A stretch of DNA of 64,000 nt from Candidatus Latescibacterota bacterium (lineage in GTDB: Bacteria > Latescibacterota > UBA2968 > GCA-2709665): NCBI GenBank assembly GCA_963667175.2, contig CAXXXF010000015.1, positions 448,001 to 512,000 of the forward strand, given 5' to 3'. Positions 18,053 through 27,510 of the stretch are shown piece after piece; the first letter of the stretch is position 1, and each line of letters opens with the position of its first letter. The position numbers were made by a program, and so were the translations under genes. The notes under the pieces were generated by a model that was given only the letters and a program-made list of their open reading frames with translations, made no database searches and was not told the origin of the DNA.

Positions 18053-19750
18053 TCACGCCTGCTGCCACAGTCCGTGAAAGTCCGCGTACAGCGCGTGCCG
18101 GTCCAGCAGTTCGTCGTGATTGCCCACGTCGATGCCCGAACCGTCCATGACCAGCACCCTTTGCGCCCGCCGGGTGGCCGCCATGCGGTGCGCGACGACA
18201 ATCAGCGTGCAACCCAGCGCCATGAATGCCCGCTCCGCTCGTTCCTCGGCGGCGGGATCCAGGTGACAGGTGGCCTCGTCCAGCACGACAATAGGCGCCG
18301 CCGCCAGGTGCGACCGCACCAGGGTCACCAGTTGGCGTTCGCCCTCGGAAAGACCCGACTTCGCCAGGTTGACATCGGCGTCCAGGCCGCCAAGCCGGTC
18401 CAGTACACGATCCAGCCCCACGGCCGCGGCGGACACGGCGATCTCCTCGTCGGTTGCGGAGGGCCGCAGGTAAATCAGATTCTCTCGTAGAGAACCCGCG
18501 AAGACGTACGCCTCCTGCGGGACCATCGTGACCAGCCGCGGTCGATCCGGTCGCAGAAAGCAGGGCTGCGCGTCTACCGTGATCTTGCCGCTGTCGGGGC
18601 GCAGCACCCCGGCCATCAGAGCGGCCAGCGTGGACTTGCCGATCCCGCTCGGGCCGACAATGGCCAGGTGGTCGCCGTGAGCGACGTCCAGAGAAAATCC
18701 CCGGACGATCGGCTCGCCGGCGCCATACGCGAATGTCAGGTCGCGTATGGCCAATTCAGGCCGTCTATTCGCCTGGGACGGTTCGGAAGGAGCGTCAAAG
18801 GGCCGGTCGGCTGCCTCCCCGCCGGTTTCAAGCAGGCGCGCGTGGTAAACGCGAAGCGTCACCAGTCTGGCCAGCCCGTACGTGACGAAAGCCGTCGCGG
18901 CGGGCAGACCGGCAAGAAGGTAGGTGAATGAACCGACGACCTCTCCCGCGGTCAGTAGCTCGCCGCGGACCATGTACGGGACGAAGCCGAGACCCGTCAG
19001 CGCCGGAAACGTGGTCGCGATCGCGTTCACCAATCCGAATCCGACCGACTGATGGTCGCGATCCCTGAGCGACGCCCGGATGGTACGCTCAATCCGTTTT
19101 TCGACACGGTCCATGGCGAAACCCTTCGCGCCCGCCGCCACCAGGTCGCGCACCGACTGAAGCGCCCGGGTCGTTTCGCCATGGGTATCCTCTTCGGCGA
19201 GCATGGACGCCGTCTCGTTGCGGACTTTGCGGCGGACGACCACGATCTGCAGCACGGCGCCGATAACCAGCCACGGGAGAACGAGGGCCAGAAGCGTCCA
19301 CGACAGCGTCGCGAGTCCGACTGCCGAACCGATGGCGAAAAGACCGCTCGGGCCCAGGCGCAGGAAGTGCGCCAGCACGTCGACGAGCGCCGGCACGTGC
19401 TGGGTGAGTTCCGCTCCGGAACGCAGAACCCGGTCTGAGTAAACCGCGTCTCCAAGTGTGTGCCGAACGACGTCGCGGGTGAGGTCGAACCGCACCCGTG
19501 AAGTGAGGTTCGCCGTCCAGTGATAGAGACGCAGCAGCGACCAGACGCCCGCCCCACCCACGGCCAGAAGCCCGCCGATCCACGCCAGGGACGCTGTCAG
19601 GTCGCCCGCCCGCGCCGCATCCACGGCGCTGGCGATCAGACGTCCGGAGAGCGCCGGCGCGAGTGTCACCCCCACGCTGCACACGGCGATGCGAAACAGG
19701 CATCCGCGATGCCTCGATACGTAGCCGTATAACGGCCGGACGGGTGTCAT
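18053..19750 (-). CDS. ABC exporter, permease + ATPase (RamA/AmfA-like); true start MTPVRP at 19750
   Basis: TM domain, GPSGIGKST, LSEGERQ, LDEATCHLDPAAEERAERAF. Confidence 0.85.
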   Translation of the reverse strand: MTPVRPLYGYVSRHRGCLFRIAVCSVGVTLAPALSGRLIASAVDAARAGDLTASLAWIGGLLAVGGAGVWSLLRLYHWTANLTSRVRFDLTRDVVRHTLGDAVYSDRVLRSGAELTQHVPALVDVLAHFLRLGPSGLFAIGSAVGLATLSWTLLALVLPWLVIGAVLQIVVVRRKVRNETASMLAEEDTHGETTRALQSVRDLVAAGAKGFAMDRVEKRIERTIRASLRDRDHQSVGFGLVNAIATTFPALTGLGFVPYMVRGELLTAGEVVGSFTYLLAGLPAATAFVTYGLARLVTLRVYHARLLETGGEAADRPFDAPSEPSQANRRPELAIRDLTFAYGAGEPIVRGFSLDVAHGDHLAIVGPSGIGKSTLAALMAGVLRPDSGKITVDAQPCFLRPDRPRLVTMVPQEAYVFAGSLRENLIYLRPSATDEEIAVSAAAVGLDRVLDRLGGLDADVNLAKSGLSEGERQLVTLVRSHLAAAPIVVLDEATCHLDPAAEERAERAFMALGCTLIVVAHRMAATRRAQRVLVMDGSGIDVGNHDELLDRHALYADFHGLWQQA

Positions 19751-21516
19751 GAAACCGCCTCCTGGGCCGGGTCGCCCTGAAACGCGGCGCGGTAGGCAGG
19801 GTCTCGCCACAGTTCGATATGCGGCGCCACACGCCGGACCTCGCCTCTGTAGAGCCAGGCGACGAGATCTGCCGCGGCAGCCGTACTCGCCCGGTGGGCG
19901 ATGACGACGGTCGTGCGTGAGGCGCCGAGCTTTCGCAGTGCGGCAAGGACGCGCGCCTCGGTAGCCACGTCCAGACTGCTGAGCGCGTCGTCCAGAATCA
20001 GAATGGGCGTATCCCTGAGCGCGGCCCTTGCGAGGCCCAGCCGCTGATGTTCGCCGCCGGACGTCGGCGCATCGCCAAGAGGTGTATCGTAGCCCTTCGG
20101 CAGACGTTCGATGAACGCATCCGCTTCGACGTACCCTGCGGCGGCCCGCACCTCCTCGCGCGTGGTTTCTGCGCCCAGCACGATCACGTCGCGGATCGTG
20201 TCGCCGAAGAGCGCGGGCCGCTCGAATGCGTAGCCCACCCGGCGCGAGAGCTCGTCGCGCGACATTTCGGCAACCGGCGTACCGTCGATGCGAATGAACC
20301 CGCTGTCCGGGTCCTGAAGCCGACCGATCAGCCCGGCAAGCGTGGTCTTGCCAACCCCTGATCTGCCGACCAGCGCAACCGTCTTTCCGGCGGGTACGCG
20401 GAGATCCACGTGCCGGAGAACCTCCCTTTCCGGCGCACCCAGAGATACGTCTTCGATCCTGACCTCGCCGGGCCCCTCGGCGCCGGACGCGGCCGACCGG
20501 GGTTCCGGAACCGCGGGCGGAGATCGGAGAACGGCCAGCGTCCGGGCCGCGTGGGCGCGAAAAAAGGCGATCTGGAACCAGCCGTTGTCCAACACGCCGG
20601 CGACGCTTGAATAGGTCATCTGGGCGTAACGGATCGCGGCCATCAGCGCGCCCACGGTCAGGTCGCCCGCCGCCAGGAGGCAAACGCCGGTGACCGCGCT
20701 AACCGTCAGAACGACGTGGTTGGCGCTTGTCACCGTCACCGCGCCGCGGCCGAAGCTCTCCAGGATCTCGCGCGTTTTGTCCGCCAGATCCGGAAGGGGC
20801 CGCGTGATCCGTTCGACTTCACGTTCCAGGGTCCCGGCCGCGCGTATCGTGCGCCTTCCCGCGAGGGCGCCGGTGTACGCGTTTGCCATTCGGCTGTTCA
20901 ATTCGTCGTGTGCGGTCTGTCCGGCGGTCAACGTACCCATCAGTCGACGCATGAGCAGGGTGACGGTCCCCACGCCGCCAAGCGCAACCGCGACAAACAC
21001 CCAGTGTACGTACAACAGCGCGACGAGGCTGCCCGCCGCCGTGAGGACTCCCGTGCCGATTCTCAACAGGGTCTCCGGGTACCGCGGCAGGTGCGTCGCC
21101 TCCTGCCGAATCCGGTTCTGCAGGTCTCCGTCGTCGAACGGCCGGCGGCCGGGCAGGCCGAGATCCAGCGCATGGTCGACCATTTCGCGCGTGAGCCGCC
21201 GTTCCGTGACGGCGCGGAATCTGGCCCGCGCGGGTTCGGCGACGATATCGACGATTACGGACAGGACCATCACCACCGACAGGCCCTTGAACCCCCAGCC
21301 GATGCGGCCGTCCACCGCCTCGTCGATAGCCAGTGCGGCCAGGGCCGGCGCGGCCAGACCCGCGCCGATGGCGAGCAGGCTGAGCAGGGCGTCCAGCGCG
21401 AACCAGTGCCACGCCCCCCGGGCATAGGGGCGCAGGAACGCCATCATTTCGATGATCCCCGGTACCGCCGGATCGGCATTCTTCCCGCGGTCCGTCTGAC
21501 GATTCCTTTCAGGCAT
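19747..21516 (-). CDS. ABC exporter, permease + ATPase (RamB/AmfB-like)
   Basis: TM domain, GRSGVGKTT, VGYAFERP.LFG.TI.D, SGGEHQRLGLARA, LDDALSSLD. Confidence 0.88.
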   Translation of the reverse strand: MPERNRQTDRGKNADPAVPGIIEMMAFLRPYARGAWHWFALDALLSLLAIGAGLAAPALAALAIDEAVDGRIGWGFKGLSVVMVLSVIVDIVAEPARARFRAVTERRLTREMVDHALDLGLPGRRPFDDGDLQNRIRQEATHLPRYPETLLRIGTGVLTAAGSLVALLYVHWVFVAVALGGVGTVTLLMRRLMGTLTAGQTAHDELNSRMANAYTGALAGRRTIRAAGTLEREVERITRPLPDLADKTREILESFGRGAVTVTSANHVVLTVSAVTGVCLLAAGDLTVGALMAAIRYAQMTYSSVAGVLDNGWFQIAFFRAHAARTLAVLRSPPAVPEPRSAASGAEGPGEVRIEDVSLGAPEREVLRHVDLRVPAGKTVALVGRSGVGKTTLAGLIGRLQDPDSGFIRIDGTPVAEMSRDELSRRVGYAFERPALFGDTIRDVIVLGAETTREEVRAAAGYVEADAFIERLPKGYDTPLGDAPTSGGEHQRLGLARAALRDTPILILDDALSSLDVATEARVLAALRKLGASRTTVVIAHRASTAAAADLVAWLYRGEVRRVAPHIELWRDPAYRAAFQGDPAQEAVS

Positions 21517-21745
21517 TTCCGTATCACCATCCGTGAGTTAAAACCTCTCCCAACCCCTTTTCAAGAAACGGGAAGAACGAAGAACGAAAAAGGAAGAAGG
21601 GGAACGGGTTGGTCCTCGTGCGGTTTATACATAGCATCCCGAAAAAATGCCCGTCGGCGGACAAAGGTGGGGAACAGGCAAATGACGGATTATGCTGTGT
21701 GCACGCTGATATATTCAAATAAATCTTTTATTTTCATCTTTTTAC

Positions 21746-21930
21746 GCCCTTTTTCTTGCTTCGCCCAAGAAAAAGGGCCAAAAAGAAGGGCGCCGCTCAA
21801 ACGCCGCGGGGCTGCTTTTCCGCGAACCGCCTTCGTGGAGAGAACGGGCGCCGCTGCCCTGAAACCCTTGCGGGCGTTCCCAGATAGCGTTGCTGGACGG
21901 ACTCGCGCGGAAAAGCCCCCACGCCACCAC
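21746..21930. repeat. Structured intergenic repeat element, copy B
   Basis: Homologous to 14277-14460 with a compensatory stem change. Confidence 0.75.
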
Positions 21931-22383
21931 CGTTCGCCTATAGGGACCACATGATGTTTGGAACGAAAATATCGCTAGCGATTGTGCGTTTACAAACCCC
22001 CCGCACCACCGCCAACCTACCCCCTTCACGAGTGAAGGGGAGAACTGTGATCCCGTCGCGGTATCCTGGTTGTCTCCCCCTTTCCTTTAGGAGAGGGGGC
22101 CGGGGGGAGAGGTCTGCGACCGTTATTTTCATGTCACTTCACGGCGTTAACGTTAACGGTTTTGCCTTTCGCTGTTTGCCGTTGCTTCTAGCTGAGTGCT
22201 GAGTGCTGCATTTCGCCGGCAGGGTATTTGGGGAGATGTGGATGTTGAATTTGATTTACGGCTTGTTGGTTTTCGATTTTGGTTCAAGCTGACTGCTGAA
22301 CGCTGACTGCTAATAGCTGTTTTTTCCCTTTGTGTTTTTGTGTGAGTTGATTCTTGCGTGGCAGTGGGGAGAGGTTCCTTAAT

Positions 22384-23547
22384 TCAATACATATGTATAG
22401 CCCCATCCGGTCCCTCGTAGCGGCGCGGGGGCAGGGCCTGGAACGGCCTCGACTTCACCAGATCCATATCCAGTTCCACCCCAAGCCCCGGGCGCCGCTC
22501 CAGTTCGCCGACGTCCACGTATCCGCCCGAAACGGGCACCCGCAGCGTCTGCGCGTCGTCGAACCACGGGCGCAGCCTGCAATGCTCGAGGATCTCGAAA
22601 TTCTGCATCGCGGCCGCCACGTGGGCCGCGGCCGCCAGCGCCACCGGCCCATACGGATTGTGCGGCGCGATCCCGATTCCGTACACCTCGGCGAAATGCG
22701 CCACCTTCATCAGTTCGCTGATGCCCCCCACGTGGCAGATATCCACCTGGCAAACGTCCACCGCCTGCCTTTCGAACCACTCCCGGCACTCCCACCGGGT
22801 GATCCAGCGCTCGCCCGCGGCAACCCGCATTCCCGGGAAGTCCCGTTTCAACCTGACGTACGGCTCAACCGTGCTCTGCTCGATGGGCTCTTCCACGAAG
22901 AGCATGTCCAGCGCCTGCAATTCCCGCATCAGGCGGTGCGCCGCCGCGGGCGAGAACACACCGCCGCAGTCGATCATCAGCGCCGCGTCCGGCCCCAGCG
23001 CCTCCCGCAGCCGGGTCATCTCTCTCACGGCCACGTCCACCTGCGCGTCCATATCGAACGGCGCGACCGCCGGACCGTGTCCGTGCTTGAACGCATCGAA
23101 GCCCTCCTCCAGGGCCTGCGCGGCGTGCGCCTCCAGCGAATCCAGCCCCAGGTCCGCCCGCGCGTAGCAGCGAACCCTGTTTCGAACCCTGCCGCCCAGC
23201 AGCCGGAACACGGGCTGTCCCGTCGCCTTTCCCGCGATGTCCCAGAGCGCCATGTCGATACCGCTGACCGCGCTGGTATGTACCACACCCCGTTTCCACC
23301 AGTAGTCGCGGTATCCCAGTTGCCAGACCTGCTCCACGTCCATTGGATTCATTCCCAGCAGCCTGGGTTTCAGCGCCGTTTCCACCTGCGCAGCGACGGC
23401 CATTTCGTGATGCTCCGTCGTGGCCTCGCCGACCCCCGTGATGCCCGCGTCCGTCTCCACCTCCACGAAGATCCAGTTCCGCCTGGGTGTATGGCCGTCC
23501 GCCGCCGGGATGTTCATGACGTGCGCCCTGATGTCCGCGATCCTCAT
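22384..23547 (-). CDS. Mandelate racemase/muconate lactonizing enzyme family (galactonate dehydratase-like)
   Basis: RNWIFVEVETDAGITGVGE, AVSGIDMALWDI.GK, FVEEP, GER, APHNPYGP. Confidence 0.9.
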   Translation of the reverse strand: MRIADIRAHVMNIPAADGHTPRRNWIFVEVETDAGITGVGEATTEHHEMAVAAQVETALKPRLLGMNPMDVEQVWQLGYRDYWWKRGVVHTSAVSGIDMALWDIAGKATGQPVFRLLGGRVRNRVRCYARADLGLDSLEAHAAQALEEGFDAFKHGHGPAVAPFDMDAQVDVAVREMTRLREALGPDAALMIDCGGVFSPAAAHRLMRELQALDMLFVEEPIEQSTVEPYVRLKRDFPGMRVAAGERWITRWECREWFERQAVDVCQVDICHVGGISELMKVAHFAEVYGIGIAPHNPYGPVALAAAAHVAAAMQNFEILEHCRLRPWFDDAQTLRVPVSGGYVDVGELERRPGLGVELDMDLVKSRPFQALPPRRYEGPDGAIHMY

Positions 23548-23550
23548 CCT

Positions 23551-24780
23551 TCAGCTCTCTTTCTCCATGAACGCCCCCTCCCTTCGGACCCGTTCGCACA
23601 CCCGGGCGAACGCTTCGGTCCCGTCGTCCTCCCAGACCTCGGAGTTCACGCCGCGGATGGACCCCTCCTCGAATCCGGTAAGCCGGCGCACGTCCGGAAT
23701 GCTCGGGGTGTACATCCTGTTTCCGCCGGGCAGGTAGAGCACGCCCACGTGTTTCGGCATCTCCGTGGGTCCCCCCGCCGCCAGGCGCGCGAGCTTCTCT
23801 TCGTCCACGTCGAACCCCAATCCCGGTCCCTCCGGCACCGGCGAACACCCCTCCTCGATATCGATGCGCTCCGTCGTAATGTCCTCCTCGTACTGATCGT
23901 CCAGATTGATCGAATGCCCCGCCGTTGGCAGCACGGCCCCCAGGTGCATGGCCAGCGCCTTCGTCAGGGTGCCCCCGGTGAGTTGCACCACCGCCTGCAC
24001 GTTTGCCTTTCCGTACGCGAAGCCGCGGAACAGCGCGTCTCCGAACCCGCCGCAATACTCGCCGATAATATAGGCGTCCGCCATGCCCATGATCATCTCC
24101 TGCAGCCCGCCCAGCGGGGGCAGGTGCATCACCAGGGGCACGTTGCACTGCGCCCGCAGCCGCCGCCAGCCGTCCACGTCGGTCAGCAGCAGCGGGTCTT
24201 CGATGAACCCCGTGATCCGCGACCGCTCAAGGGCTTTCACGATGGGCAGCACCGTCGCCATGGCCCGGTTGTGGTTCATATCCCACTGCATCAGGAATCC
24301 ATCCGGCGCCACGTCCTCCACCGCGCGTTGCTGTTCGAGCACGTCGAAGTGCTGGCAGGTATGCATCTTGAACAACGTATAGCCCTGGTCCACCGCGCGC
24401 AGGATCTCGTTGCTCAGGTCCTCGGGCGAGGCCGGCCGTGTCCAGGCCATCACCGGCACCCGGTCCCTGACCTTCTGTCCCATCAGCTTGTAGGCGGGGA
24501 TGCCCAGGTGCTTGCCCATCACGTCGTACAGCGCGCCTCCCAGGGCCAGGTGCAACGTCTCATGGTTGAGGAAGTCGAACGGATTCCGGTCGATCAGCTG
24601 CGCCACGCTCTCCTTCGGCGGCGCGGCCGACCGGTAGTCGCCGTAGCCCACGATCCCGTTGTCCGTGACCACTTTGAAAATGGTCCGCTGATCGATAGTG
24701 CGAAACCGCACCTTGTGATCCGCGTTGCGGGCCGCGAGTCCCGGGTTGATCGGGATGATTTCGATATCGACGATTTTCAT
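23551..24780 (-). CDS. Enolase superfamily (MR/MLE) protein
   Basis: VTDNGIVGYG, ALYDVMGK.LG.P.Y.L.G, KMH, D.N, IEDP, PEGPGLGF. Confidence 0.85.
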   Translation of the reverse strand: MKIVDIEIIPINPGLAARNADHKVRFRTIDQRTIFKVVTDNGIVGYGDYRSAAPPKESVAQLIDRNPFDFLNHETLHLALGGALYDVMGKHLGIPAYKLMGQKVRDRVPVMAWTRPASPEDLSNEILRAVDQGYTLFKMHTCQHFDVLEQQRAVEDVAPDGFLMQWDMNHNRAMATVLPIVKALERSRITGFIEDPLLLTDVDGWRRLRAQCNVPLVMHLPPLGGLQEMIMGMADAYIIGEYCGGFGDALFRGFAYGKANVQAVVQLTGGTLTKALAMHLGAVLPTAGHSINLDDQYEEDITTERIDIEEGCSPVPEGPGLGFDVDEEKLARLAAGGPTEMPKHVGVLYLPGGNRMYTPSIPDVRRLTGFEEGSIRGVNSEVWEDDGTEAFARVCERVRREGAFMEKES

Positions 24781-24781
24781 C

Positions 24782-25702
24782 TCAGCGCTCCTCTATGGTT
24801 CCCGTCGACCTGAAGAATTCCCTCAACCCTTCCATCTCCTCGTCGCCCAGCGAATAGTACGGCTTCCGGCGCCAGCGCCCGGCCACGCCGAAGATCTCCA
24901 TCGCTCCGTGGAAACCGGCGTTCCACCCGCCGGTCAGCGTGCCGATGTAGTCGAAGAACGGCATGTCGTAGTCCCGGATGATCCGGCGCGCCGTCTCCAG
25001 GTCATTTTTCTCGATCGCGCGCCAGTACCGTCGCGCGATTTCGGGCTTGAACGTGATATACGACGACATATAGCCGTCGCAACCGTACGGCCACATATTC
25101 ATGTGGTTCACCTTCTGTCCTCCGGCAAACACGGCCACCCGCTCGTGGGCGACCAGGCACAATCGCCGCGCGAAGTCCCCGCATACGTCGTCCTTGACGG
25201 CCACCACGTTCTCGAAACGGTCCAGCGTTTTGTCGATCACCTCCAGCCCGAACGCCGGCCCTCGGGCCGAGAACGCCCCCGTTACGATCATCACGGGCAT
25301 CGTGCGCGACACCTCGCCGTAGTGTTCCACCAGCGTCTCGACGGTACTGGAAGCTCCCCAGGCCGGAGGAAGCGCCATCAGCACGTCGGCGCCCAGTCCT
25401 TCCGCGAACGATGCGAACCCAACCGAACGCCGCGTATCGTAATATCGGTCCGCCGCCACCACCATTCCCCGGCCGGCGGTATGCTCGCACGCCACCCTCG
25501 TCACCTCGGCGATTTCCGCTTCGGACATACAGATATAGTGGCTGTCCCCGGCCGTCAGCAGTACGGTGCGGCTGCCTCCCGCCAGCACGAAATCGATCTG
25601 ATGGCGCAGCCCGTCGTAGTCCACGCCGCCATCTTCGTTGAACGGCGTCGCGATCGACGAAATGATGCCCGTCAGGTGCGCTCGAACCTCGTCGCGATCC
25701 AT
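24782..25702 (-). CDS. Dihydrodipicolinate synthase family aldolase/dehydratase
   Basis: TPFNEDGGVDY.GLR, LGAD.LM.LPP, NVVAVKDD. Confidence 0.85.
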   Translation of the reverse strand: MDRDEVRAHLTGIISSIATPFNEDGGVDYDGLRHQIDFVLAGGSRTVLLTAGDSHYICMSEAEIAEVTRVACEHTAGRGMVVAADRYYDTRRSVGFASFAEGLGADVLMALPPAWGASSTVETLVEHYGEVSRTMPVMIVTGAFSARGPAFGLEVIDKTLDRFENVVAVKDDVCGDFARRLCLVAHERVAVFAGGQKVNHMNMWPYGCDGYMSSYITFKPEIARRYWRAIEKNDLETARRIIRDYDMPFFDYIGTLTGGWNAGFHGAMEIFGVAGRWRRKPYYSLGDEEMEGLREFFRSTGTIEER

Positions 25703-25810
25703 AGAAAAACCCCTGGGTGAGAAGGAAGACGCAAAGAAGAACGAAATTCAGATCACACGGAGACACAAAGGCACAATGAAAACCAAGGGGTAAGATTCGG
25801 AACACCGTTC

Positions 25811-25841
25811 AGGCGGGCAACCACAAGGGTTGCCCCTACGA
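25811..25841. repeat. GTAG-type REP palindrome (GTAGGGGCAACCCTTGTGGTTGCCC on the minus strand)
   Basis: GTAG head plus GGGCAACC/GGTTGCCC stem, typical of RAYT-associated REPs. Confidence 0.7.
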
Positions 25842-25990
25842 ATCAGCGGTCAGCATTCGGCCGTCAGCTTGAGTCAAAACCAACCAATTGACGTCAACGC
25901 CATGATTTAGCAGGACCGGAAGAGGCGTTTCGCGGGAAAGATTCGCTCGCTCCGGAAACCTTTCCCCTGGCGCGGTCTCCCCCGGCCGAT

Positions 25991-26398
25991 CTATGGCCTG
26001 ACGTCAAACCCCATCTGCCGGAAGTGATGGTCCAACGTCAACACACGGCTTATTTGCAGTTCCCGCATGAGGACGAAGCTGCAGCAGTCAGTGAAGGAGA
26101 ATTCCTTGTCCCGGTATCCGAAGAAGAGTGCGCGGGCACGTTCTCTTCTCGACGCATCGATCGACTCGATCCTCAGGCGGGATGACCCTTCGATCTGCAC
26201 CCACCAGGCCTCAGCGGCATCGAGACCAAGTCGGGACCGGATGGTTGTCAGCGTCTCGTCGATGACGTAGTCGGACGTCGTCAGCAGACCCCCCGACGAC
26301 AGCCAGTGGTCGCGGGTTTCCCTGACTGCCGACCCCTTCGCATCGCGGCTGTCGGCGGCCGCGACCCATCCCGCGGTATCCACGAACATCTCTTTCAC
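25991..26398 (-). CDS. vapC: VapC PIN-domain toxin
   Basis: FVDT.GW, YVIDET.T, SFTDCCSF..M, TLDHHF. Confidence 0.92.
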   Translation of the reverse strand: MKEMFVDTAGWVAAADSRDAKGSAVRETRDHWLSSGGLLTTSDYVIDETLTTIRSRLGLDAAEAWWVQIEGSSRLRIESIDASRRERARALFFGYRDKEFSFTDCCSFVLMRELQISRVLTLDHHFRQMGFDVRP

Positions 26399-26640
26399 TG
26401 GTACAACACCTCGTCATGCCGCTCGGCGACGTCGCCCGATTCCGACGCACCGACGGGAGGCGCCTGGTAAAGGGGATCCGCCTCGAGTGGTGTGCTTCCC
26501 CGTGGCGGACTGCCGACGGGGACGATGTCGAAAGCAGGCCGACTGCGATAGAGAACGGTAAATCGTTCTCCGTGCCGCACCTTCGCGACAACCTCTTTTA
26601 GCCGCGCGCGGAGCTGTTTGGCATTGATTATCTCTGGCAT
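26395..26640 (-). CDS. Phd/YefM-type antitoxin
   Basis: INAKQLRARL..V..GE.FTV..RSRP; overlaps vapC. Confidence 0.85.
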   Translation of the reverse strand: MPEIINAKQLRARLKEVVAKVRHGERFTVLYRSRPAFDIVPVGSPPRGSTPLEADPLYQAPPVGASESGDVAERHDEVLYQ

Positions 26641-26784
26641 CACGGATCCTTCCTGAAGTTAAACTTAAGATAAACTCTTTTGGCGATGAAAGCAAGACGG
26701 CAGCGCGCAGGCAACGACGATCAGTCGTCAGTTTTCAGCCGTCAGCAAAGATCATTGGGGAAGAAAATCACGCGGCCGCTCCTC

Positions 26785-27342
26785 CTAATGATGCCCTTCC
26801 CCCGACTCGCCGTCCACGTCCTTGCCATGCTTTTTCTTCCCTTCGCCGCGTTCGTCCACGTTCTCCCCGTGCCCGCCCTTGCTCGGTCCTCCGATGCGTA
26901 ATACGTGCCCATCGACGTCGGCGACCAGCATCTCCCGTGCCCCCCACGGCCGGTCCACGGGTTTCTGCCTGATATCCGCCCCCGCCCGAGCGTACTTCTC
27001 GTGCAGTTCGTCGACGTCGTTGACGCTGTAATAGATCCACACCGGCCGGGCGCCCTGCCCGTTTTCGCTCAGAAAGACGTTGACTTCGCCGTTGGAAATC
27101 GAGGCAAATGTCTTGTCCTCGTCTTCGGCGGGCCAGTCCCAGTCCTTCTTGAAGCCGAGAACGGAGGTGTAGTGCCCGATGCTCGCTTCGATACTCTCGA
27201 CGTTCAGAATCGGGGTGATCGCGGTGAACGCCGTGGATTTGGAAACGGAGTCCGGGCCGTGGCTCTCGTGGGCGAACACGTTGAGACTGACGTTGATGGC
27301 GATTCCTGCAACCAATGCTGCCGCGATTCCGGAACCCTTCAT
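26785..27342 (-). CDS. VOC/glyoxalase-bleomycin resistance family protein with signal-like N-terminus
   Basis: PILNV.SIE.SI..Y..VLGF, PWGAREM.V.D.DG..LRIG; AAAGGAG RBS. Confidence 0.85.
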   Translation of the reverse strand: MKGSGIAAALVAGIAINVSLNVFAHESHGPDSVSKSTAFTAITPILNVESIEASIGHYTSVLGFKKDWDWPAEDEDKTFASISNGEVNVFLSENGQGARPVWIYYSVNDVDELHEKYARAGADIRQKPVDRPWGAREMLVADVDGHVLRIGGPSKGGHGENVDERGEGKKKHGKDVDGESGEGHH

Positions 27343-27368
27343 GGGTATTCTCCTTTCGAACGAACCTG

Positions 27369-27397
27369 TTGACAACGCATAGGAAACCATGTATATA
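27369..27397 (+). promoter_or_regulatory. sigma70 promoter of kinase 1 (TTGACA-17-TATATA)
   Basis: Consensus -35 and near-consensus -10; duplicated at 30019-30047. Confidence 0.75.
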
Positions 27398-27510
27398 TCG
27401 CACGCCGGTCGCTGCGGCGCAAGCCAATAAGGTGCGGATGACGCGTCGGCCGGGAATGAGGACGCATGCGCTGACGGACGTGAACGCGGGACAGCAGGCA
27501 AGGAGACGGC

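Noticed and set aside
19751-20683. N-terminal 310 aa of the 876-aa ORF 18053..20683
   Set aside because: Overlaps the upstream ABC gene in another frame; the real start is MTPVRP at 19750 (ATGA overlap)
21520-21745. Lanthipeptide precursor upstream of the RamAB-like exporters
   Set aside because: No short ORF with an RBS and an SxxSxxxC-type core found
22354-24813. 819-aa plus-strand ORF (and similar long antisense ORFs such as 62054..63832 and 28465..29940)
   Set aside because: Antisense to well-supported genes; an artefact of high GC
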